From: a virus
Taxonomy: Duplodnaviria; Caudoviricetes
IMG/VR virus record: IMGVR_UViG_3300024433_000009
Coordinates: 1 to 53,157 of that record
Length of the DNA stretch: 53,157 nt
Reading direction: 5' to 3' (one strand)
Part shown: in pieces, positions 1 to 9,174 of the stretch
How the letters are laid out: each line of letters starts with the position of its first letter
Position numbering within the stretch: position 1 is the stretch's first letter
Notes under the pieces: model-generated
Database searches by the model: none
Told to the model about the DNA's origin: nothing
What the model saw: only the letters and a program-made list of their open reading frames with translations
Position numbers and translations under genes: made by a program

Positions 1-143
1 AGGCTATTGATTTTTTTTCTCTTAGGTGAGAACTGCGAAAGCGGGTTCAGTTTAAATAAGTCTTTTTGTCTATTTTGAGATATGCCAGAAATCCGGGGAT
101 TATACAGCATTATTAGTCTTAAGGATCGACTTTCTGCACCATT
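1..143. repeat. Terminal overlap, copy 1 (circular assembly)
   Basis: 1-143 matches 53014-53157 except for one extra A in the T-run of the right copy. Confidence 0.95.
51..63 (+). promoter_or_regulatory. Putative late promoter motif TTTAAATAAGTCT
   Basis: AAGTCT starts 24 nt before ATG 82; the same spacing recurs before seven other late-region genes. Confidence 0.7.
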
Positions 144-2730
144 GCGCAAGGCAAACGCATCCCTCGATCAAGCAAAAGCAAAGATGGGGCGTGTCGGGCT
201 TGCAGTGAATACGCTAAAGACGAAAATGAGTGGTGCCGTGGGTGTTATAAAACAACACCAGATGGCTTTCGCGGCGCTTGGCGCAGCGTTCACGGCAATT
301 GGATATGGGGGTATGCGTATTCTCCTGGGGAGTGCGAAAGAATTAGAAAGCGTATTCGGGTATCTTGAAGCGCAAACTGGGGCACTTGGCGATGAATTGA
401 GCACACTGAAAGAAACCGTGGTGGCTCTGGCCCGGGTGAATAGTGATGCTTTTGGAGTAATAGGAGATACCATTGCCATAACTCGAAAGCGATTTGGCGA
501 ATTGGGTGATGAAACCACATCAGTAAATCAGATTTTTCTCGATTTCGCAAAAATAGCCAAAACGGATGCGGTTGCAAGCACTGAAGCATTGACAAAGATA
601 ATGAAAGCTTACGATATCCCAGCACAGGATGCCGTAAGGGTTACTGATTTATTATTGGGTGCACAAGCGAAATACAACATAAATAGTGCGAAAGTCAATA
701 GGGCATTGGGTGAGCAATCGGCGGCATTACGAATTTGGGGTATGAGTTTGGAAGAAAGTATCGGGTTGCTTTCGGCGATGGACACGGCAGGTATAGATAC
801 TTCACGCGCTTTGACGAGCTTAAAGACGGCGGCAAGCGAATTTGAAACACCAGAACAATTCTGGGAATATATGGAAGAACTTGCCATGATCGAGAGTTCC
901 GCAAAGCGAGCTGCCGCTGCTGAAGAGGTATTCGGAGCGAGTGCGGGTCCGGCAATGGCTCTGATGCTCGATGACGGTGTTGATGCAATGCGAAACTATA
1001 TCTTGACTGAAGACGAAGTAGCAGGAGCAACAAAGAAGGCAAGTACGATAATAGACGAAACACTTAGCGAGCAGCTTGGCATCTTAAAAAACAATCTGAA
1101 ACTTGTCTCTGCAGAAATGGGTAAGACTTTGGTGCCGATGCTCAAAATGGTGGGTGATATGGTATTGCATCTGTCAGATTTTTTCATGGGCTTACCAAAA
1201 GGCATAAAATTCGTTATCGCTGCGGTTGCTGGATTAGTAACGGCTCTCGCACTGGTGGCGGGTCCAGCATTGCTGATGATGGCTGCGCTTACGATGGCTG
1301 CACCGTCAATATTGGCAATCTTACCGGCATCATTATCTGCCGCTTACGGATTGGGCGGATTGTCCCTCATGCTAAAAACAGCAGCACTAAGCGTAAAGAC
1401 ATTCACATTGGCATTGATGACCAACCCCATCTTTTTGGCGCTTTTAGGCATCGTGGCGGCAATCTTGATCTTGCAGCACGCGTGGACGAAAAACTGGGGT
1501 GATATCCAAGGCAAAACAAAAAAGGTAATAGACTTCTTTAAGGGCGCGTTTGGTTGGGTAATGGAGAAGCTCAATGCAATAAAGAAGTTCCTGCCATTGT
1601 TATTCGGACCGATCGGTGCGATTTACATGGCGTTCAAGAATTGGGATAAGATAAAAGGCGTTCTCAGCAAAACGGGGAGCGCAATAAAGACGAAACTCGG
1701 TGATGCAGTGGATGAAGCGAAAGGAAAGATAGAAGGACTTACGAATGCATTCGCAAAGACAAAAACGGGAGGTATGATAATAGACATAGCGACAAAGGTA
1801 AAAACGGGTGATATCAAAGGCATATTGAAGGATATGGTCAAATTACCTTATGCACACATTGACGATATAACAAAGGGATTTGAAAATATAACAAATCGCA
1901 TAGGCGAAGTATTTGGAGCGGAGAACTTGGGCACGAAGATAACTGAGGGAATAAAGGGAATTAAAGATAAAATAAAAGAGAATATAGAAGGACTCACGAG
2001 CATATTCAGAGAAACAAAGACAGGAGAAATAGCGATAGACATAGCGACAAAGGTAAGAGAAGGCGATATAGCAGGCGTATTAAAAACCATGGTCATGTTG
2101 CCGCGAGCATATCTGGGCGACATTGCAGCGAGTTTTGAAGCGATAACGAACAGAATAGGTGAACTATTCGGCATAGAGAACTTAGGTACGGAGATAATAG
2201 AGGGCATAAGAGGGACAATGAACAGAATAAAGGACTCCTTCGGCGATCTAAAAGATATGTTCTTTGATGCGGGGGGCAATCTGATAAAGGCATTCGTTGA
2301 GGGCATAAAGGCTTTCGCAAATGCGCCGGTGGATGCGATAAAAGAGATAGGCAAAAGGATACGTGAATTCTTACCTTTTTCCGATTCACGCTTAGGTGCA
2401 TTGCGCGATTTAACCGCATCAGGGGGCAAACTCGTCTCGACATTTACAGAGGGCATGTTACAATTAAAACCCGAGTTAACATTGAAGATGGAGGAACTGT
2501 TTAAAGGGGTGCCCGTAATAGGCGAGGGAATAAGCAAACTGATGCCCGCACCTGCGGAAATGATCAGTTCAACATCAACTTCAATAACGAATGCATCGCA
2601 CAGCGAAGACAAACGAGTATCAATAAGTAAAATAGAACTGCACATAGACGGCGTGAGCAACAACGCGGAAGAGATAGGGGACACCGTGATACGGAGGATA
2701 AAACGGGAGTTTGAACGATATGGTATTTAA
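82..2730 (+). CDS. Tail tape measure protein
   Basis: 882 aa, helical and Ala/Gly-rich, TP901-like core, hydrophobic middle, W/F-spaced repeats; follows the tube and chaperone genes across the circular junction. Confidence 0.93.
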   Translation: MPEIRGLYSIISLKDRLSAPLRKANASLDQAKAKMGRVGLAVNTLKTKMSGAVGVIKQHQMAFAALGAAFTAIGYGGMRILLGSAKELESVFGYLEAQTGALGDELSTLKETVVALARVNSDAFGVIGDTIAITRKRFGELGDETTSVNQIFLDFAKIAKTDAVASTEALTKIMKAYDIPAQDAVRVTDLLLGAQAKYNINSAKVNRALGEQSAALRIWGMSLEESIGLLSAMDTAGIDTSRALTSLKTAASEFETPEQFWEYMEELAMIESSAKRAAAAEEVFGASAGPAMALMLDDGVDAMRNYILTEDEVAGATKKASTIIDETLSEQLGILKNNLKLVSAEMGKTLVPMLKMVGDMVLHLSDFFMGLPKGIKFVIAAVAGLVTALALVAGPALLMMAALTMAAPSILAILPASLSAAYGLGGLSLMLKTAALSVKTFTLALMTNPIFLALLGIVAAILILQHAWTKNWGDIQGKTKKVIDFFKGAFGWVMEKLNAIKKFLPLLFGPIGAIYMAFKNWDKIKGVLSKTGSAIKTKLGDAVDEAKGKIEGLTNAFAKTKTGGMIIDIATKVKTGDIKGILKDMVKLPYAHIDDITKGFENITNRIGEVFGAENLGTKITEGIKGIKDKIKENIEGLTSIFRETKTGEIAIDIATKVREGDIAGVLKTMVMLPRAYLGDIAASFEAITNRIGELFGIENLGTEIIEGIRGTMNRIKDSFGDLKDMFFDAGGNLIKAFVEGIKAFANAPVDAIKEIGKRIREFLPFSDSRLGALRDLTASGGKLVSTFTEGMLQLKPELTLKMEELFKGVPVIGEGISKLMPAPAEMISSTSTSITNASHSEDKRVSISKIELHIDGVSNNAEEIGDTVIRRIKREFERYGI

Positions 2731-2806
2731 AAAACAAACTAATAGTAAACTATGAACGAAACAATAAAAATGCATGAGAACGCATGTATGGGGGCTCTGA
2801 AATAGG

Positions 2807-3316
2807 ATGGCGGAAATGATTAGCTTGGGCGGAACGGAATTCAAAGTATTCCAAATAATCAACTTGAAAGAAAGCTTGGTAATTCCGAAGCATAAGGTAG
2901 AAGATGGCTACAACGTCTCTGACCATGGAGAAGAGCAACCGGCAGAATTCACAGTGGAATTGGAACTATTGAAGGATAGCGATGAGCCCGAAACATTAAA
3001 CGCACTTTTCGAAGCAAGGGAATTGCTTACGTTTATATCGGAACTTGGGATATTTGACGATATGGCAATTCAGGATAAGAGTTATACACAAGGGGGAAAT
3101 ATTTCAACTATAAAGGCATCCGTGCATCTGAAACAAATACGCAAAGCAGTGGCAAAAACGACAACGATAGAGCTGCCCATAACTGTCGCAGACACAGAAG
3201 TAAAGGGTGGCGCTACGGCAACGGAACCGAAGACAAAAGAAAACGAAGAGGCGAAGAGCGAAGAACCGGACGAAAACAAATCATGGGCAGAAACAATTTG
3301 GGGGTGGTTTTCATAA
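2807..3316 (+). CDS. Tail tube initiator / Dit-like baseplate protein
   Basis: Directly after the tape measure gene; HKVEDGYNVSDH...P motif typical of this family. Confidence 0.75.
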   Translation: MAEMISLGGTEFKVFQIINLKESLVIPKHKVEDGYNVSDHGEEQPAEFTVELELLKDSDEPETLNALFEARELLTFISELGIFDDMAIQDKSYTQGGNISTIKASVHLKQIRKAVAKTTTIELPITVADTEVKGGATATEPKTKENEEAKSEEPDENKSWAETIWGWFS

Positions 3317-3600
3317 TGGCAACCATCAACATATTGCCTTTTGATTTGGGAATAGGCTATCCACAAAAACAGAACGTGCTTATAGACGGCACAGCATACG
3401 AACTCTATTATAGAAGAAACGAACGCAACAATTTCGCAACACTCCGAATAACGAAAACAGATGGAACGATAGTAAGCAACCGAAAACTAACAAAGCAAAA
3501 CGCATTCGAGGTTAAAGAGCCGACTACGTTGGAACTGTTATTCACGCTATTTCCATATGAAGTTACGGAAGAGCAGGCGGAGGTTTGGGTGTTCGTATGA
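3316..3600 (+). CDS. Small baseplate protein (plug-like)
   Basis: TAATG coupling to the previous gene; PQKQNVLIDGTAYELYYRRN pattern; position in the module. Confidence 0.6.
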   Translation: MATINILPFDLGIGYPQKQNVLIDGTAYELYYRRNERNNFATLRITKTDGTIVSNRKLTKQNAFEVKEPTTLELLFTLFPYEVTEEQAEVWVFV

Positions 3601-4433
3601 CATCAATCTGGGGGCGCTATGTAGAATTGCAGATAGGGAGCGAAATATATACAAATGACAACTTTGATATTGAGTTCAACATAGAGAATACGACCGGAGC
3701 GGAGGCAGGCACCGCAGAGATAGCGATATACAATCTTGCGGATGTGACAAAAACAAAGATAAAAAAGGATGAACCCATTCAACTCAAAGCCGGATACGAA
3801 TCTTCGGGATACGGCATAATCTTCATAGGCAAAATAGACAAGAACTACGACAAGATTGAAGGAGCGGATGTTAAGACGGTGATAGAAGCGCTGGATGCGA
3901 TGAAAGACTTGCTCAAAGGAGAAAGCATAGTAAAATATAGTCCAAAAGGCACTTCGATATCAACGATAATCGAAGAGCTGTTTGGTGAAGCGGAAGTAGC
4001 GATAGGTACGATAGCGGACCCGGGCATAACGCTTGAGAACGATAGAACAGAGGAAGGCACGCCATACGCGATAGCGCAACGCTATGTCGAATACGCGAAT
4101 GGCGAAATTAAAAAGGCAACAGGCGAGGAGGGCAGTACATGGCGGATATATGTACGCAATAACACGGGTTTTTTTGTCGAAGGCGCTACGAAACTCATAG
4201 TAGAAGCGGTAGTTCTGTCCTCAAAGACAGGACTAATGGAAGCGGTAGAAGACAAGGACGAAGAGGCAGAGATAGAACTCCGGGTAAAAACATTGCTGCA
4301 ATGGAAGATAGCGGTGGACAGTATAGTCTCTTTGGAATCGAAACTGGCGACTGGGACTTATAAGGTTATAGAGTATAAGCATATTGGGAATGATAATAGC
4401 TATTATACCGAAGCGGGTTTAGGGGCGATATAA
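3597..4433 (+). CDS. Baseplate hub protein
   Basis: IAIYNL...IQLKAGY...IIFIGKI motifs of myovirus hub proteins. Confidence 0.8.
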   Translation: MTSIWGRYVELQIGSEIYTNDNFDIEFNIENTTGAEAGTAEIAIYNLADVTKTKIKKDEPIQLKAGYESSGYGIIFIGKIDKNYDKIEGADVKTVIEALDAMKDLLKGESIVKYSPKGTSISTIIEELFGEAEVAIGTIADPGITLENDRTEEGTPYAIAQRYVEYANGEIKKATGEEGSTWRIYVRNNTGFFVEGATKLIVEAVVLSSKTGLMEAVEDKDEEAEIELRVKTLLQWKIAVDSIVSLESKLATGTYKVIEYKHIGNDNSYYTEAGLGAI

Positions 4434-4614
4434 TAAAAAGTTTAATTGATTAAACTATTATTTAATTATCGAAAAGAAAATGTGCAAAGAAAAGATATTG
4501 GAGGAACTCAAGAATATAGACGAAGATAGTGACTATTTAGCGGGTAAAATAATGGGATTGGTTATTGCTGCGGGGTTGTGTGGATGCACACAGGAAGAGA
4601 TAAATAAAAACGTT

Positions 4615-5466
4615 CTATAATAATTGATTTCCCCAACTCATCCACTCTATTCGTTCCTTACGTGCAAACAGTTCTAAATATTTGCCATTCGGATACATCT
4701 TCTCGATAATCTCATAAAAGATGACGGGTTTTTCGCTATGTCGCTTTCTCGGGGCAAATATTGTAGAAGATGATCTGCTATCAGGGGGAGGAGGTTTGAT
4801 ATTGCCCCGTGTGGCAATAAATAAATGCTCATGTTGTGCCCGTGTATAATGTCCCGTGCCTATTCGATCTTTTATCCAGATGAGTTCGGATTTTATTGTA
4901 AATCCCCACGCTTCTATTACTTTCAATCCTTTTGTGACTTTTGAAAACGGTACCCATAAAAACAAAACTGCATTTTCGGCGGCGGGTATTTTCAGCGCGC
5001 ATATCTGCTCCACGGTCATTGTGGGGTAATGATTCTCAATCGCTCTGCTATGTGAAATCGTATAATCCTCATCCCAAGGCGGGTCAGCATAGACAACATT
5101 ATATTCCTCCTCATTCAAGCGATTAAACGAAGGTGTATGCGGGATCCGACATTCCGTCAAGATGCGCTTCACATCAGTTACATTTACATTTAGTCGTTGC
5201 CTTCCCCTTGTCTTTTCCGTCTTCTTTTGTTTTTGACGTTTTTCATTTAAGATAAGTATCTTACCTGTCGCTTTCCATCTTGTCTCGTCATCTCGTTCAT
5301 TGATAAGTGCATATAAGACGTTTTCGGAAGCTATCTCGCCTTTTAATGGCTCAATAAACTTCAGATAGTTATTCATTCTATCTAAGAACTTATTAATCTT
5401 CTTTGCTGTTTTAGGATATCTTTGTTCGTATCCCTTCCACTTTTCGTTAAAATCCTTGCAGTTCAT
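4615..5466 (-). CDS. MT-A70-family N6-adenine methyltransferase
   Basis: YADPPW, HYPTM, LFLWV, WGF, HSEKP, LELFAR and WGNQ motifs; start taken at MNCKDF, downstream of the structured leader. Confidence 0.92.
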   Translation of the reverse strand: MNCKDFNEKWKGYEQRYPKTAKKINKFLDRMNNYLKFIEPLKGEIASENVLYALINERDDETRWKATGKILILNEKRQKQKKTEKTRGRQRLNVNVTDVKRILTECRIPHTPSFNRLNEEEYNVVYADPPWDEDYTISHSRAIENHYPTMTVEQICALKIPAAENAVLFLWVPFSKVTKGLKVIEAWGFTIKSELIWIKDRIGTGHYTRAQHEHLFIATRGNIKPPPPDSRSSSTIFAPRKRHSEKPVIFYEIIEKMYPNGKYLELFARKERIEWMSWGNQLL

Positions 5467-5470
5467 TTCT

Positions 5471-5511
5471 GTCTCCCCGATAGACGGAGGGATGCGATCG
5501 GGGCGCATCCC
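5471..5511 (-). ncRNA. Putative kissing-loop RNA leader, copy A
   Basis: Minus strand GGGATGCG-ccccgat-CGCATCCC-tcc-GTCT-atcgggg-AGAC; the two loops are complementary; starts 30 nt after the first base of TTTATATA. Confidence 0.6.
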
Positions 5512-5573
5512 AAATATTTTTTTGTTTTTAGTCTATATAAAGTTTAAGTCAAAATAAAAAAGAGGCGATATAA

Positions 5574-6107
5574 ATGAACATAGTTGATAAGATCAAAAAA
5601 CTGGTGCACGAAAAAATCGGTGAGCTAAACACGTTCGATATTGGGAAGATAACAGACGCAAACAATCTGAGGCTACGATACAACGTCAAATTAAAGCATA
5701 AAATCGGAGGCAATGAGATAGAACTATTTAACGTGCCGATAGCGCCTTTTTGGTTCAATGCGGGCATGATTTTAATATCGCTCGACATAGACGATATAGT
5801 AGGCATCGCATTTTCAAACTACGAGCTCAAGCAGCAACTGAAAAACAAGGATATAACGGACGTGAACGAAGTTTTAAAATTCGACATGAATAATGCTATA
5901 ATAGTTTCTGGTGCGTTCACAGATGTCGATGAGATACCGAGCGAATTTGAAAATGGTGCAATACTGATAAAACACAAAGATGGCAACTACATAAAAATAA
6001 CAAGTGATGATATAATAACAGAACATAAATCCGGTGCATATATAAAGATAAACGTAAGTGGCGAAATAGCGATACACGGCTCAAAAGTGGACATAACGAA
6101 ACTATGA
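5574..6107 (+). CDS. Baseplate central spike (gpV/Gp138-like)
   Basis: N-terminal OB-like region (LFNVPIAP...DIVGIAF) and C-terminal beta-repeats (HKDGNYIKI, HKSGAYIKI). Confidence 0.8.
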   Translation: MNIVDKIKKLVHEKIGELNTFDIGKITDANNLRLRYNVKLKHKIGGNEIELFNVPIAPFWFNAGMILISLDIDDIVGIAFSNYELKQQLKNKDITDVNEVLKFDMNNAIIVSGAFTDVDEIPSEFENGAILIKHKDGNYIKITSDDIITEHKSGAYIKINVSGEIAIHGSKVDITKL

Positions 6108-6415
6108 GCGAACTAATAGCAGTAGAGAATGATACCGATACGTGTGGTGATTGCCACGAACCGCCGACTGGAGGCGGCACATATCCAATAACGCCGATAA
6201 CCTTGCAGGACTTTGTATTCGTTGATTCAAAACTTGTCGTGATAGATAACGAGGAGTTCTCAGCACATTGTCTTGCGAATACGAAGGCGACTACCCCACT
6301 ATTGCATATCGGGGGCGTAGCAGTATGCCGAAATGGGGATGTGTCTATATCTCAGGGATGTCACACGTTTAGTGGGATAGCAGTAGCGCAGCAGGACTTT
6401 GTCTTTTCTGAATGA
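6104..6415 (+). CDS. PAAR-like spike-tip protein
   Basis: 103 aa after the spike gene; Cys/His ligands and LHIGGVAVCRNGD motif. Confidence 0.65.
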   Translation: MSELIAVENDTDTCGDCHEPPTGGGTYPITPITLQDFVFVDSKLVVIDNEEFSAHCLANTKATTPLLHIGGVAVCRNGDVSISQGCHTFSGIAVAQQDFVFSE

Positions 6416-6448
6416 AGCTTTATATATCTAGAAACCAAACAATTAATA

Positions 6449-6488
6449 GGGATGTGCCACAACCACATCCCCGCCTGTTGTGGAGGCG
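6449..6488 (+). ncRNA. Putative kissing-loop RNA leader, copy B
   Basis: GGGATGTG-ccacaac-CACATCCC-CGCCT-gttgtgg-AGGCG; loops are complementary; starts 30 nt after the first base of TTTATATA (6419). Confidence 0.6.
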
Positions 6489-6561
6489 AAGATAAAAGCC
6501 ATGATGAAAAACAAGCTAATTGGATGGTATATTTAATAAGTCAATCTCTAATTTTATTGTT

Positions 6562-6915
6562 ATGGGGGATTTTGAATTTCAAAATGGGGACCTTATAATA
6601 AACGACCTGCATGAGATAACGACCGTAACGACAATCGCAGAGGTGAAACAAGATTTGGAGCACCGACTTTTATGCGTTAAAGGCTCCGACCCGTTCCATC
6701 TCGAATACGGCGTGCACTGGTTGAAAATCAAAAGAACGACATTCAATAAGGTTCTGATAGAGCACGAGATACGCAAAGCACTGAAGTCACATGATAGTGT
6801 GAAATCGATTGATAGCGTGGATATATCCGCGCCAGATTCAGAGCGTAAGATAACTATAACGGTACATATCACACTCAAATCAGAAGAAATCGTGACAGTA
6901 GAGGTGACAATATGA
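6562..6915 (+). CDS. Baseplate wedge / sheath initiator (gp25/GPW-like)
   Basis: QDLEHRL...KGSDPFHLEYG motif; precedes baseplate J; start set by the late motif 24 nt upstream. Confidence 0.8.
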   Translation: MGDFEFQNGDLIINDLHEITTVTTIAEVKQDLEHRLLCVKGSDPFHLEYGVHWLKIKRTTFNKVLIEHEIRKALKSHDSVKSIDSVDISAPDSERKITITVHITLKSEEIVTVEVTI

Positions 6916-8087
6916 GTGGTTATGGCGTAGTAGATCAGGGATTCGTAATAAAGCCTTACGATGCAATTCGAAGCAGTCTGGAGCAGTATGCAAAGCAATA
7001 TCTTGGTGACGATATTGCATTGGGCGTTGATTCGCGTTTTTCGCGTTTTCTCGATGCGATAAGTTACGATTTGGACGACATCTGGCAGCTCACCGAAGAC
7101 GTTTATAATTCTGCATATCTCGATTTCGCAATCGGCAACAGCCTTGACTTTTACGTTGCGGGATTAGGAGTTGTGCGAATTGCCGCAGTGAAGGCGAGTG
7201 GTAAAGTCACGTTCCACCGGGACGCTTCGGGCAATGAGATAGCGATTCCAAAAGGCACGCGCGTGGCGACTACGGACGAGACCATACGGTTCGAGACGAC
7301 CGAAGTGATCACGATGGTTGCTGCAGACACGGACGCAAGCGGGAACATAGAGGCGGTTCTTGCGAGTGCAAGTGGAAATGTAACGTCAAACATAATAACG
7401 GTCATTGTTGACACGATAAGCGGCATAGATTCTGTGAACAATACGGACCCAACAACGAAAGGAAGAGATAAGGAGACCGATGCGGAACTGAGACTACGAG
7501 TGAAGACTACCAGTGCAGCGGTAGGGGCAGGCACACTGGATGCGATACTTGCACGAGTACGCAGTGCGGAATACGTACCTGATATAGTCAGTGCGATAAT
7601 CGTGGAGAACGATACTTCGGGTAATGTCGGTGGTTTGCCCCCGCATTCGTTCATGATCACCGCATTCGGCGGTGAAGATAACGAGGTGGCGCAGGCGATA
7701 TGGGATACGAAACCCGCGGGGATCGAAAGCTCAGGTAATACGTTGGGATACGCGCTTGACATAAATGATGCTTCGCACAACATATATTTTGAACGTCCAA
7801 TTGAGGTTGACGTATCCGCAAATGTGGTTGTGACCACTGATGGTTCAGACGTATCAGGGAATGATATAAGAGATGCAGTAGTAGCATACATAAACGCCCT
7901 TGACATCGGTGGTAACGTGGTATATAATAGCGTGGTCGCCGCGGTAATGAGCATAGCTGGTGTTGTCGATGCGACCACGGTGCAAATAGCGAAGGTTGGT
8001 AGTGCATTCGGGACGTCAAACATAACGATAGCGGCAAACGAAATAGCACGCACTACGAATAATGATGTGGAGGTAACCATATCCTAA
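6912..8087 (+). CDS. Baseplate J/gp47-family wedge protein
   Basis: AIGNSLD, IPKGTRV, GRDKETDAELRLR and GLPPHS motifs. Confidence 0.93.
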   Translation: MSGYGVVDQGFVIKPYDAIRSSLEQYAKQYLGDDIALGVDSRFSRFLDAISYDLDDIWQLTEDVYNSAYLDFAIGNSLDFYVAGLGVVRIAAVKASGKVTFHRDASGNEIAIPKGTRVATTDETIRFETTEVITMVAADTDASGNIEAVLASASGNVTSNIITVIVDTISGIDSVNNTDPTTKGRDKETDAELRLRVKTTSAAVGAGTLDAILARVRSAEYVPDIVSAIIVENDTSGNVGGLPPHSFMITAFGGEDNEVAQAIWDTKPAGIESSGNTLGYALDINDASHNIYFERPIEVDVSANVVVTTDGSDVSGNDIRDAVVAYINALDIGGNVVYNSVVAAVMSIAGVVDATTVQIAKVGSAFGTSNITIAANEIARTTNNDVEVTIS

Positions 8088-8093
8088 AATAAG

Positions 8094-8735
8094 ATGAAGA
8101 TAGATAGTCTTGTTCCGGTGCTTTCAACGGCATTTCAGAAAGAGAAAGCTTCAAACAATTATAAGCTGCTCGGTACGGTATTGCGTGAATTAGAAGTCGT
8201 GGGCTATGGTGATGACGGTTATGGTTATGCACTCTGGGGCGGGGGCATTGAAGACATATTGCGCAGAGTAAAAGAAGCGCATTGGGTAGACTATGCAAGT
8301 GGTAAGAATCTCGAATACTATGCACAGCCCTTCGACATAACCAGAAATGCGGAGGAGACAGACGCACACTTCAGGATGCGTATAAAGCTGCAGTATCAGA
8401 AGCACATATCTCATGTGACCATAGACGAAATCAAACTGATTTGTGCTGCGATTCTATATACAAACACATTACGGGTGCTCATTGAGGACATCTATCCAGC
8501 TTCGTTTGATATCACAATATATCAGCAAGATTTGACAACAGGCGGGATCTCCGGTGCTGATTTTAAGATTTTGGCAAACGAAATAAAACCTGCTGCAGTG
8601 CAGATAACTACCTTAAAACAACTTGGTACATTCGAACATATGGGGATCGGTGATACGTCGGATAGCACGAAAGGATATAACAACATAGCAAATTCTAATC
8701 CTAATGGTGGGACGTATGCCGGACTAATACTTTAA
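8094..8735 (+). CDS. Baseplate wedge protein (gpI/gp48-like)
   Basis: Follows J; ASGKNLE...ETDAHFRMRI and IKPAAV motifs. Confidence 0.75.
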   Translation: MKIDSLVPVLSTAFQKEKASNNYKLLGTVLRELEVVGYGDDGYGYALWGGGIEDILRRVKEAHWVDYASGKNLEYYAQPFDITRNAEETDAHFRMRIKLQYQKHISHVTIDEIKLICAAILYTNTLRVLIEDIYPASFDITIYQQDLTTGGISGADFKILANEIKPAAVQITTLKQLGTFEHMGIGDTSDSTKGYNNIANSNPNGGTYAGLIL

Positions 8736-8763
8736 AGTCTTAACATAAACACAAAAAAGAAAG

Positions 8764-9117
8764 ATGAGCGAAAACACTCCGAATTTAGATTTAGCAAAAC
8801 CCGATAGAGGTGAAATAAATTGGGATAGTTCTCTAAATAGTAATTTTGACATATTAGATGCGTCATATGGTAATTTAGTTGCTTCTTCCTTATTTAATTT
8901 TTTTAAAGGTGCATCTAATTTCGCAGGTCCGAGTGGCAAAACAGTTACGCATAATCTCAATCTCGCGGATTACATACCTACAATCATTTCTACTTCTGAT
9001 GGCGGTGGTGCAATAGGCGAAATCTGGGTGACCGACATAGCGGCAAATTCATTCGTCATTCGAAACAGCGGTTCAGGAGTAACCGCATTCACATGGATCA
9101 TACTCGTTAAGACATAA
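8764..9117 (+). CDS. Small fibre-anchor/adaptor protein with shared C-terminal domain (copy 1)
   Basis: N-terminal TPNLDLAKP...W...LNSNFDILD anchor motif; C-terminal ~65 aa is homologous to the products of 41028 and 45883. Confidence 0.65.
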   Translation: MSENTPNLDLAKPDRGEINWDSSLNSNFDILDASYGNLVASSLFNFFKGASNFAGPSGKTVTHNLNLADYIPTIISTSDGGGAIGEIWVTDIAANSFVIRNSGSGVTAFTWIILVKT

Positions 9118-9174
9118 ATAAGGGGCGGTGGAATATGAAAGTGAGACTATTCTATACAGAGGGGGCAACCTAAA

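Noticed and set aside
4480-4620. 46-aa ORF with a lipobox-like AAGLCGC
   Set aside because: Only about 10 residues follow the Cys and the N-terminus is acidic, so a lipoprotein call is not supported.
5471-6488. Invertible segment carrying the spike and PAAR genes between the two oppositely oriented leaders
   Set aside because: The copies share structure but too little exact sequence, and no invertase was recognised.
1848-8080. Long minus-strand ORFs such as 1848-2684 and 7151-8080
   Set aside because: These are antisense shadows of well-supported structural genes, with no motifs or expression signals.
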